The notes below the pieces were generated by a model. The model ran no database searches. It saw only the letters and a list, made by a program, of their open reading frames with translations, and was not told the DNA's origin. A program made the position numbers and the translations under genes. From Penicillus capitatus (lineage: Eukaryota; Plantae; Chlorophyta), in the NCBI GenBank assembly GCA_965649825.1, contig OZ287704.1:360101-424100 (forward strand): 64,000 bases of DNA, given 5' to 3'. Positions 35,813-47,070 of the stretch are shown piece after piece. Position 1 is the first letter of the stretch, and every line of letters begins with the position of its first letter.

Positions 35813-37915
35813 ATGTCAGCATTCTGGACACTCTTGCTGTGGCTCTCTTGCGTCGCTGCTTCGACTGAACATGGTCTCCCGTCGACGACGCTACCTGCTA
35901 CATGGTTCTGGGGAGATGTCGATGGCATCAACTTTCTGACGCGAGTGCAGAACGAACGTGCACCGAGGTGTGTGAATCTCTTTCTGCCTTATGTTTGGCG
36001 AAGAACGTCGTCGATTGGACAGATACTGCCGAGCGAGTTGGGCACTCTCGACGGTCGCGGCTCTCTCCGACCGTTTAAAAATTTCGAATGGTGCTCAGCA
36101 TCCTGCTCCATCTTTATCCCCTCAAGTCCTCCTCAACTGCGTGTCTGCCACTTCAAACTGCTCTGTGCGTTTTACGTGACTGAGTCGTTCGCATGGAGTA
36201 TATCCGTTTGTTTGCAAGGGTGGGAATCCAATGGATGCACTAGAGTACATTTCGCAGGTGGGTATCCCTGATGACACGTGCGAGAACTATGAAGGCAAGG
36301 AAGGCGTCTGCGATGCCATTGGCATATGTCGCGACTGCGGTCCAGGCAACGTGTCAGCAGGAGAAGTCAATCACCTCCATTTCGGATGCACTCGAAACGT
36401 GCATTACAGGATTTCTTGGATGGGCATTGCATTGCCATCGACAATTTTCCGCTGTATCGACTGGAGGCATATGGTGATCTCAGAAGAAATGATGAAACGA
36501 AGAGGGTGCATTCGATGACGGAACGGATGAAAGAAGAGATCTACACTAACGGATCCATTACGTGTCGCATTCAACCCTCGACAGAATTTGTGAACTACAA
36601 AGAGGGTATCCTCTCCCCCTCCTCCCCCGCATCAGCATTGTCAACAAGTGAGGCTCATTTCATTAACGTCGTGGGATGGGATGCGACAAGTGACAAAAAG
36701 TGATCTTCGCTTTACATAATATAACTGGACAGCGGTGTCATGTTTTGAGGTTTTGGATTGGGCGGAATTGTTGGGGAGAATCGTGGGGAAATGGCGGTTT
36801 TGTTCAGATCGAGATGGGCATCAATGCGTTCGGAATCGAATCGCATTGTTTTTGGGGCACTATTGCTCCATCGAGATCATCCAATCAGCGTCCGAATGGC
36901 GATGTCAATGAAAAAGAGGACGATCACGGCCCTTATCAAATCAGCAGAAGCCGTCGTTCACATGGTCCCTGTCGCTGTGCGATGGATATCGAGGGACTGT
37001 CTCTACCTTACCGTCTACCTCGGTCACATGTGGAGAATGCTGATATGCCACAGTCGTACGATATTCGCAGTATCGACGGCCGGAATTATGCTGTCATGGA
37101 CAAGAATCAACATCTCCCTGTGTACTGTGGATCGTGTTGGGCCTTCGCTGCCGTCTCCGCATTAGCCGATCGATATGCCTTGCTTTACAAACAAGATGCT
37201 CCACTGTTTGACTTAGCCACTCAGGCATCGCACTGATGGAATGTACGCTAACGTCTGATCTGCACATTTGTGATTCAGGTGGTCATCAATTGCGCCGAAG
37301 GGACGAAAGGTTGTCGAGGTGGGCTGCCTCACTTTGCCTATGCTTACATTCAAGAACATGGATTGCCGCATGAGAGCTGTGCCCCTTATCAAGCGATCGA
37401 TCAGCCGTGCACTTCGATCAACATCTGCAAAAGCTGTCGAGAAAACGGCACTTGCACAGCTTCGTCGGAAGAGACCTTTCGACATTTTAGCGTCGAGGAC
37501 TACGGCGTCTTTATCGGAGAAGAGAACATGAAACAGTTGATCTGGAGCGGAGGACCCGTTGTTTGCCTCGTCTCTTATACTTCGGAGCTTCATATGTATT
37601 CCGGAGGCATTTTTAACGACACCACTGGCAGACGGTCCTTCGATCATGTCGTTGAGGTAACAGGCTGGGGTACAGAGAGTGGAGTGGACTACTGGATTTT
37701 CCGTAACAGGTGAATTCGACATCTCGCACTGTTTCGATTGATAGTTGTGTGGTGATAGTTGGGGGACCTACTGGGGTGAACAAGGATGGGGACGGATTGC
37801 CATGGGTCCAGGGGATCTTGGGTTGAGCAGTCTACTGTGCAGTTGGGCAACGCCGAAGCCATTCACCACAGCACTGCCTTACCAGACATTCTCACGCCGA
37901 CAGCAAATCGTTTAG
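35813..37915 (+). CDS. Secreted two-domain cathepsin Z/X-like (C1A) protein B: inactive domain followed by active domain, multi-exon
   Basis: Signal peptide MSAFWTLLLWLSCVAA. Domain 1: NERAPRYCRASW (Gln to Glu, Cys to Ser), AHFINVVGW, RNCWG. Domain 2: NQHLPVYCGSCW, DHVVEVTGWG, RN|SWG. Stop TAG 37913-37915. Confidence 0.85.
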
Positions 37916-38924
37916 CTTATTTGACAAGACTTGACGAACATTGCATTCTTGTGGTATTTTTTGGTTGTATGAAGATCACAGCAATCGAAATTGACATCTA
38001 GACGACGGTCATGTGTCCGCAATTGGAAGCGAGAACATGCCGTAAAAGCAATGTCGTCAAATAGCCTGCAAGTAATTAACGATGATGGTTATTACTCTAT
38101 GTCAAGTGTGACATTCGTCGGCGATATGGAAGCGCAGATGATGTATATAGTAACTGAATAATGATAAGAATGTCTGTTGTGAGGTGGTGCTTTTGGCGCA
38201 AAAGAACACGCTTGCAAAAGGCCCGGCATTATTGAAAACACATTCGTGTGGGATTCCATCGAGATTGAACACTTCAGCTAATATGTTTGCAAGTCACACT
38301 CGCGTAATCATGACTTTGAAGCAGTTCAAAGGCTGAATGCAAAAGCGCGATCTTGTGCGAAAGTATACCCACCGCCTCGAAGCATAATGTGAGATCCAAG
38401 TCGTTGATTTATGATGCATACGAATATCTCGCTCGAAGGCCTCGTGCAAAAAAGCTCATGCAATTGGACAGGCCAAACTTTGCTGATCGATTGGATATCG
38501 ATATCCGATCGACAAATCGACGACGCCAAAGAAGTCGTCGCAACGATCTTGGCGGTTTTTTACACTTTCGGATTGTTTCTGGCCAGGACAGCACTCAAAG
38601 AGCTGGGATCAGATCTAATCGGATGTTTCGGGAGCCATAGGCATTAATCGCCATGTTTCTGCTTATTTGAGCCTCGATCATGCCTTATCGTATGCCAGCA
38701 GCCATCGAGGTCCTATCTTTGACATCTGTCGGACACGCAGGTTACGGCCGCTGGCGCGCTGAGTAGGCGACTTCCTTAGGCAAAGAGTGTCAAGCACGAG
38801 GAGATTTGTCGTTCATCGAATTGCGGGGATCTCTCAACACATGTGACTTCAACCGAGAAATCGCTTAGCAGTACTATTCAGGTGATGTCAATGTCTTTGG
38901 GACCTTACATCATGCAGTTGCTCG

Positions 38925-40060
38925 TTATTGCCGGTGACCGCTATCTGCGTCCGGCATGACATTCCAGATGTCATTATCTTTGATCGCCTTGTTTTGGACT
39001 TCCGTGTTAACAAAGTTAATGTTGTCGCGGAGAATCCATGCCACAACCGGTGTGGCATCCTCAACGGAGACTCCCACCGCCGCGTACGTCTGATGCAATT
39101 GGTGTCCAAACTTCTGCGCCTGAACCGCCGATATGTATGGCATGCGAAACGGAACTGTGCTGGTGTTCTCCTAGTTCTTTGTCTTATGCATGACGAAGTC
39201 GATCGGATGGCGGAAGCCCTGGTGGACGATGAACGGGTTCCACCTTCTGAGAGTACGGACTGTCACTTGCCCATCTTCCGATTCGGAGACACTCGTGTGA
39301 GGTATCCCCTTCAACGTACTGGTATCCTGCTGTCTGTTCAGGAACCTCTGATTTGCTGTCCAGTTCGATATCTTGCGTACGACCTGCTCTTGGATCCATG
39401 AGTTCAGCTTGTCCACCGAGTATCCCCTCTTCGCGAATCTTACGCAGAGCTCCTTGAGACGGCGGTTCAGCCATGTCATCTCGCTGTTGAGTTTGAGCTC
39501 CCTCGACACTGATTGCTGGACCACCGCACGGAACGTTGTAGGAGGATGATTCGAAGACTCCATTATATACTGATGAGCGGACTCCTTAATGTGGCTGCGT
39601 GTTAGCAGCGCCTTCCCGTCTGGACTTGCATACACTTCCATATCCAGAAACGTCGTCCCAGACCTGTTTTGAGGATCAGTTGATGTCAGTCTGAGCGAGG
39701 GCATGTTCTCTGAATAGATCGAAGCGAGCCAGTGATCCACCGCCTCCTGTGAGGCAAAATGAGGATTATCCGCCGGAGCTACCAGTAAGATGTCATCTAT
39801 ATATCGGCCAAACAAGTATGTATTGGCGTAGATCTGTCCAAGGCATGGCAGCTCACATCGGTACCACACAGCAAGTATGGCAGCGATGGGACTCAACGAG
39901 TAGCCCATCGCGAGGCCCTTCTCCTGTTTTTTAGTAGGAGAAGCCGCTACGTGTTGCCGTCTTGATGACTACCCCTCCGAGCGCATATCTGAAAAGTAAG
40001 GTAAGCACAATGTGCCAGTCGGTCTCGATAATCCAGCCAGAGAACTGTAGGATTTCTCTT
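38925..40060 (-). mobile_element. Decayed, 5'-truncated Penelope-like retroelement (PLE) reverse transcriptase relic
   Basis: Y-KKQEKGLAMGYSLSPIAA, FGRYIDDILL (RT catalytic motif), FLDMEV, HQYIMESSNHP...RFAKRGYS (PLE thumb), followed in frame by MPYIS...PVVAW. A 1-nt frameshift lies at about 39933 and an in-frame TAG at 39171-39173. Confidence 0.85.
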
Positions 40061-41388
40061 TTCGTAGGCTCGTCGGAACCATCAGATATGGAGATCGGGA
40101 GATGATGGAACGACAATCGTTAGAGGAAATTCTATCTTCTCATGATATGCAACGAACGATCGATCATTTTGCGGAGAACCGATTCAAATTACAATCGATT
40201 CGGCCAGATCGATCAATCGATCGTTCCGAAAACCACGTCGATCGTTGCGATCGATCAATTCGACGTCGATTTCCGATGATCGACGATCGATGATCTAATT
40301 CTCTTTATCAAATCCTTAATAAGTAACAGACACGTCCTCTGGCAAAAGGATCTTGGAATGATTGCTTTCATTACCTTGCCGATTGCCTTCGGCATACGAC
40401 AAATGAAGCTATAGATGCGAGCGTCCATTTCGCCTGATCGTTAAAGAAGTATAGAGGACGGTTTTGCGTTCTCGATAGTGTGACCGACGATATGATAGAA
40501 CGCGACGTTTCTTTTAACTGCTGGCAGTGATGGATGATCAATCGTTCCGGTTAACCTCAAAAAAGTTTCTTTATAAAGCCTGATGTCCGTCTAAATGTCT
40601 TCTGTGCAAACGAACCAATGCAAAACGCACGCACTTGCAGGTGGACCTTAAAGAAACCTGATAAACAGCGATTTTGCTTTGGCAGAAAAAACGGCTGTTT
40701 GTTAAGATGACGGACTCTGTGCTCTCCTTAAGGTACATAAAGCAAGTTACTTTCGTTTCTTGGAGGATCTCCTCAGGTCTTCGTCTGAAAAAGTACTCGC
40801 CTCATTTCGAGAAGCGATTAGAAAGCGACACCTCTTCTAAACTGAATAAACACTCACTTGAAAGCTTCTTACTTCCTCTAGGTACTCCGATGCTATAGAA
40901 TTTCATGAACAATCTCATATTTGTACATTAGATGCACATAAGAAACGGCTGGCGAAGCTGTTGTGGCTGTCGGGAGACCTGTAAAGTGAACAGAGGCATA
41001 TCTCAGCATCCACGTGCAAGAATGATACGGATTCGTCGTGTCGTCAACGAAGAACATGTGCCTATTCAAGCGCAAGAGAAACGCAACGAACACATTGAGG
41101 CATCAGCAGAGCGCTTTCGCATCGAAAGACTCCAACCTGTTGCTTTTGATCGTAATTTGGAGATGCAGACAATCGATGCATGGTACTTTAGATCAGTGCA
41201 CACACAGAACCGGTTAAACACTAGTAAAACATAAGACTGTCACCACCATCAGCTTTGTTACACAAACCAGACAGATCCAACAGGTAAAATGCAAAATCAT
41301 TGCAACAAGCCATTGTATCATCGACACTTAAACCAGTAGAGCACCTCTCGTGAGCCAAAGACTCTGACAATGCATTATCCGAGGACAT

Positions 41389-42186
41389 TTAGTCGAAAGC
41401 CCATTGATTCTCACGACGAACTTCCTCCTCCTCTTCTGGTGTAAAATCATTCTGGACCACAAACACCGCTCTACTATACCAGCCAGACCTCATACGTCCC
41501 ACGTACCTTGATATTGAATGTCCTGCGGATTTCTTCTGGTGACTTGCCTGCGTCCATTATCCATATGTGAGTAGGAAATGAGAAGTGGAGAATCATTTAC
41601 CCTTGATCAGATAGGCGACGGTTTGACAGCAGAGATCCAGTAGCGGTGCGATGTTTAAGTAATTTGCTGCCTGTCGTACAGTTCTCACACTTCTACCCCC
41701 ATAACATCGGATGCTTACTAGAATGAGATCATACAGAGTACTCTGATCGACACGCATGTATTCGTTGTCGAAGCTCTTGATTTCCTCATCGCTTTTTCGA
41801 GGTTTATCGTCATCGTCCTTCGCTTCAGCTTCGACATGAAATGTGCAGTATTCGAGAACCTTGGACAGAACATTGCCTGCATCGGAAATGCGCCTTTGCA
41901 TCCTGTTCCCTAGCTACAGAGCGGTTGTTTACCCTTAACGTTGCACAGAGGCACACTCTGGTTCTCAACGTCCTCGATGTCTACACAACGATTCACGTTA
42001 GACATCCATCCTTACGCTTCGGAAGCGGCTGACCGTTCAGCATCTTCGCTATCATTTCGCTCTGAACGGCGACCTCTCGCGGAACCTCGAAAGTGGTCTG
42101 GTCGGAAGAGACCAACGTAATCGTCTGTAGAAAAACGTCGGGCGTGATGCACCGGATGAAGGGCGACTTACTGTTTTGTCTTCCAT
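41389..42186 (-). CDS. SKP1: SKP1 (SCF adaptor), multi-exon
   Basis: [28 protein letters not shown]|[33 protein letters not shown]|[20 protein letters not shown]. Confidence 0.95.
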
Positions 42187-42340
42187 GTTTGTCCAGATGG
42201 ATGACAAAGATGAATGCAACAACAACACGAGAACACGGAAGAATCGATGGCGTTGAAAGCGCGCAGCGATTTATAATGCCGCATCACAACGCATAATGCG
42301 TTTCATAAACGTCGGATTTACAGAGAAGCTGGAAGGGAGA

Positions 42341-43732
42341 ATGAAGGATACGGAGCCATGGGTCGAGAAGTATCGTCCTCAGACACTCGACGATCTCGTC
42401 ACTCGTTCGGAAGTCGTCGAAACATGTTCTCTATCCCATCCATACCTATTCATCTCACACCATCTGTCGGTTCTTCAGTAAAGCGTCTGACGCAGCAAAG
42501 CTTCTTTCCACATCTGTTGCTGTTCGGTCCACCGGGAACGGGCAAGACTTCAGCGATACTGGCAGTGGCCCGATTGCTTTATGGATCGCACCAAAGTCAC
42601 CCTTTCATCTCATCGGAGAGGACCACTCACTGCATGAGATGTTGTGCAGAGAAGATGGTGTTGGAACTGAATGCTTCTGATGATCGAGGGATCCAAGTTG
42701 TGCGAGAGACCATCAAAGAATGCGCCAGCAGTAATGCTCTTGTTCCACTGGGGTAAAGTCAATGCTGCGTGCACATCATCCTCACTCTTCACAAAGAGCT
42801 TCTTAGGGGAAAGATGCCATTCAAGTTAATTGTACTCGATGAGTGTGACAACATGACGAAAGATGCTCAGATGTCGCTAAGACGAGGTAAGGGACGAAGT
42901 GTGAGGCAAAAGAATGAGAATGGCGACAGTGATGGAGATGTCGATGAAACATGTCAGGTTCTGTCTGATGTGCAATCATCCTAACCAGTTGCTTCCAGCC
43001 ATCCGTTCTCGATGCACGCAGCTGCGTTTTCCTCCCCTCGATCCCGATCTCATCAAATCACGTCTCCGTCAGATTCTGCTAAACGAGCGGTTCAGATGAC
43101 ACTTCCCTGCAGCTCGAGAGATATCTATCTTTCCGTGGCATAGGATGATCATGACGTCCGAAGCATTGACTGCTCTAATCCGTATTGCATCAGGAGACCT
43201 GCGCTATTCTTTGAACACGCTGCAGGCAAGAGTCTCTCGAAGACCGTCTGACTGATGCGCTGAATGGTTGCAGATTCTGAATACGACAGGAGAGGAGATT
43301 GGCGAGAAGGAAGTGTACGAAGCACTGGGCCATCCGTCCCCAGAAGACATTCGCCATATCCAATACCATCTTCTCAATATGACTCTTGAAAAAGCTTACT
43401 CCACCATCTCAAATCTTTGCAAACAACAGGTCGACGACACCAGGAAAGCATTGGCATTCTGTGTCGCGCTCCAGGGGTACGCTTTGATCGATGTCCAGCG
43501 TGAGGTGGCAGAGAATCTATGGAAGGAAGGGGCCATTCCACAAGAGATCCTAGTCAGGATGTTGGTGTACATGTGAAAGATGAACTATGTTTTTGACTAG
43601 GTGGATCTGATTGCGAAGATGGGAGATTATGAGGCGAGACTTAGCGGTGCAGCCAACGAGCATCTGCAGCTTCTGGGCTGGATAGGAAGCTTCCTCGAAG
43701 CGAGAGAGTCTCTGATGAAACAAGCAAAATAG
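42341..43732 (+). CDS. RFC5: Replication factor C small subunit (human RFC5 / yeast RFC3 type), multi-exon
   Basis: [63 protein letters not shown]-terminal EHLQLLG. Confidence 0.88.
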
Positions 43733-44722
43733 CACATGCATTCTGTTTCATACACATGAGACAAACGAATACCAGCTGCATTTAAGCATCATAGTGTGTC
43801 ACTGCCATACCGCAAAGCATCGGCGTGAACGCTGTGCTTTGTACATGTCCCATGGAGAAGACGTTTTCGCCATTGCCCTCATCAGACAGACGAAGAGAGT
43901 ATCCAATTCGTAGATACCAAGTCCAAGGAAACGCGAAGCCAATCGACAAGCATCTTCACATCGAGGGCCTATATCGCCATGATCAGGAATTCAGGCTGAG
44001 GATCATTGCAACAACAGCATCAAAAACAGGGGACGAAATCGGGCGACGTCTTGCAGACGAGGCTTCATCAGGAAAGACTCCGACAGTTCCAGTATCTCGA
44101 AATTGTCAGGGAGCATTTCATTGATGAGATGAGGGGGAGTGTCTTACCGTAACGACATGATCTTCTGAAAGCAGTATGATGTCGAGGCCTGAATTGTATG
44201 GATTGATGAGAGTCAGAGAGTCTTTGTCGACGACACGAACATTGAGCGAATGACTTTGATATGGAGTTTAAGATGACGCAGCATGGCACCAAATTCTCCA
44301 TCAGACAGGGCAACTGCAAGCCCCATCATCGCCAACATGAACGATGCAATCGAAATGAGGGCACAAAGGACGACTGCCTTAGAAAGTGATAGAGAGGTCA
44401 AACGGTGCTCTCCGGAATCCGAGTTCGTTTAACTGAAGAAGTTAATAAGCCAGCACCAGATCCCAATAGTCTTCGGACGTGTCCTCATGCGACGTCCCTT
44501 TGAGAAAGGATCGGCTGCTGTCGTCATATCTCCGCTGTCACCTTTAGCGGAATCCAGGTTTTCAGAACAATCCCTCTTGTCTTTCAGTATCTTACTACTT
44601 GATTTGAGACTTGAGTTAGTCGGTCAACTCATCGATCGATTTCGATCGGGTCGATGGGTTATGATCACGGTTATGATCACACTCGAGAAGTGATTAAAAT
44701 GTGTCGATACTTAGTGACATTG

Positions 44723-46056
44723 TCAGTAACCATAGGCATCTAGCAATTGTAGATTTTTTCTCCATCCTTTAGCGACGGTAACGTTCAGTTCTAAGTACAC
44801 CGGGCGCTGCAAAAACCGCTCGATCTCTTTTCTGGCAGCCAAACCAAGGGCTTTGATTGCAGTGCCCCTGTTCCCCAACAAAATGGCACGCTGATTTGGC
44901 CTGTCTGTGATGATATCGACCAGCATATAGTCTTTTTTCCCTGGTCGCTCTTTAAAGTCTGCCACGTTAACTTGAACGCTAAACGCGAAATAGTTCGAAA
45001 ACTGACTGAGTATTCAAGAGTGTAACCTGTAAGGAATTTCTTCCTCATACCGAAGAAAGATATGCTCTCGGACGATTTCGGAGACAAAGAAGCGCTCAGA
45101 CTGCTGACTGATGCTGTCTTTGGGGTAGAAAGGAGGTCCGTGAGGCAACTGCCCTATGAGCCACTGCTTCATTTCCTCTACCCCGTCGCCATTCTTGGCA
45201 TTCGTTACAAAGATCTGTCACATCAAAACGATGAACACAAAACCACGCACTCCTACAGATCTTCCTGACCTTTTGGCATCGACAGTTTCGCACATACCAT
45301 TCGGAAATGTCTTGGAGTTCAGTAGCGTCGATAAGGTCCATTTTGTTAAGCACGACACCAACAGATGGCCCATCCCAGTTCGCTGGCAACTGAATCATTT
45401 CCAGATCGTCTTTTGGCGCATCCGTCAAATCCACCAATATCAAGATCACATCCGATTCCGAAACGGATCGTCGAATGAAACCCATCATCCGTTCGTGGAG
45501 GACATGCCGCGTCCGAGTCAGAACACCTGGATTGTCCAACAGCACCATCTGGCGGACAATGGCATGCAACCGATGATGTGACGTCTGGCGGCGAGACCTG
45601 ATGATTGTCACCGGAGTCGATACCGAAAACACGATGACGCGTTGTCTGTGCCTTACATGTCACGATGGACAGCTTCTGGCCCAGCAGTGCATTGAGCAAC
45701 GTGCTCTTGCCAACATTCGGTAGACCAATGAGGGCAACGAATCCCGATTTGTGGTTCTCGTCATGGATGAAATCATCGGCTGGTTTTTCAGCATCTTTCC
45801 ACAGCCTCGCTTCAGCTTCCTCCTGTTCTTTGGCTTCATTTTCTGCCATAAACGTCGCGATTGCGGCTTCAAGTTCGAGATCGAGCTCGTTTCTTCGATT
45901 CCGTCGACTCCAGGCGACCACACGACCCACGCGTCGATTCCGACAGCGTTTCCAGTCCATCGATTGCCTTATCGGGGCAGACGTACATGGCAGACAGCGG
46001 CGATACATAATCGAAGGCAGACAGTTGTACGATCGGGACCGCGATCGTACACACAT
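44723..46056 (-). CDS. era: Organellar (probably plastid) Era GTPase, multi-exon; start at 46056 or 46008
   Basis: [21 protein letters not shown] (G1), KAQTTRHR (G2), LDNPG (G3), LNKMD (G4), KH domain [17 protein letters not shown]...[10 protein letters not shown]. Confidence 0.92.
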
Positions 46057-46571
46057 GCTCCATCGCACTCTGTACCGATGGCTTGGACAACAGCGATCTC
46101 TGTTTCAGAACGCACGTCCAAGAGTGACCCGATCTTCTCCGCAACGTCGATGGGACGTCAGGGCATATTCGTTGCATGAGGAATCGCAAAGAACAACGGT
46201 ACCGGTGTACTTTAAAAATCACGACGTCCTCGTCGACGCTCAGCCTGGAGAAAACATCCTGAACGTCTGTTTCTCTTCACTTATGCCCTCATATGTGTTC
46301 AGATTATCGATCGATAGATCGCACACCGTTGTGGCATCGAAATTCCAACTGGTTGCTTGATAGGTTCTTGTGGGACATGCGAGGTTCAATCTCTGCGTCT
46401 CTATTCTCTCCTGAAATGCTTCCGCAGGTGGAAGTCACGCGATCGATCGAATCGAAATCGGAGTGTTACATCGCACGTTCATGCGTCGCTATCATTCCGA
46501 ACGACACGATGTCGATGGTGATCGATGATCTCCAAGATGCGATTTGGGGCGTCGACGGATTGGATTTGTAA
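46055..46571 (+). CDS. Small 2Fe-2S ferredoxin-like protein with transit peptide, 3 exons
   Basis: AQPGENILN|[22 protein letters not shown]|VEV...RSCVA gives the C-x4-C-x2-C...C cluster motif. Confidence 0.82.
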
Positions 46572-47070
46572 TTCTCAGTTCTCGATCAGCAGTGGCTTAA
46601 AAATTGATGTGGAAATCTGGACAAGGATGTAGCTGTAATTCTTCGATCGTCCGGAAACGAAATAATGTCTTTTGATGTTCTTGTACAAACGCGCCGTCTG
46701 TACACCGACTTGAAGGACCTTGCCATGTTGGATTGAACAAAAAAGCGAAACTCCTGCAATTGAGCTAGAGCCCGAAATGCATTAGATCCGATTCCGAATG
46801 TCACTGGAAGCCACAGAAAATCGCGATAACGAGAACCGATAAACGGATGGTTGTTTTGACGTACTGAGGAGATAGGAGATAAAAAGCAAGCTCTTCGTTA
46901 TTCCACCTGATACCAATGAAGTCATACACAGAACAAACATCCCCAAGACGGCCCGTTCGTCCCTTATGAACAATTTTCATATAGATCCACTTATTGCACG
47001 AAGAAGAGTGTCCAGATATGCGGCATTTTTGAGTGGTCCATATCTACGGGAGAGTATAAACTGAATGAAG

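Noticed and set aside
35081-36271. 396-aa plus-strand ORF
   Set aside because: It is mostly the antisense shadow of the minus-strand gene, running into the first exon and intron of cathepsin gene B. It is not a separate gene.
38326-38529. Minus-strand ORF (LHELFC...EIFVCIINQRLGSH) as the degenerate GIY-YIG of the PLE
   Set aside because: The key YIG/T residues are absent and the spacing to R..H is wrong. It is too weak to call without a profile search.
39171-39173. In-frame stop in the PLE ORF as selenocysteine or programmed readthrough
   Set aside because: The codon is TAG, not TGA, and the element also has a frameshift and 5' truncation. Decay is the simpler explanation.
40674-41234. Short ORFs (including HEQSHICTL) as a DNA-transposon remnant
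   Set aside because: All frames are fragmented, no recognisable domain or TIRs were found, and part of the region is probably the SKP1 3' UTR.
43825-44401. Possible small membrane-protein gene on the minus strand between RFC and Era
   Set aside because: There is one hydrophobic stretch, but I could not build a consistent start, splice chain or family match.
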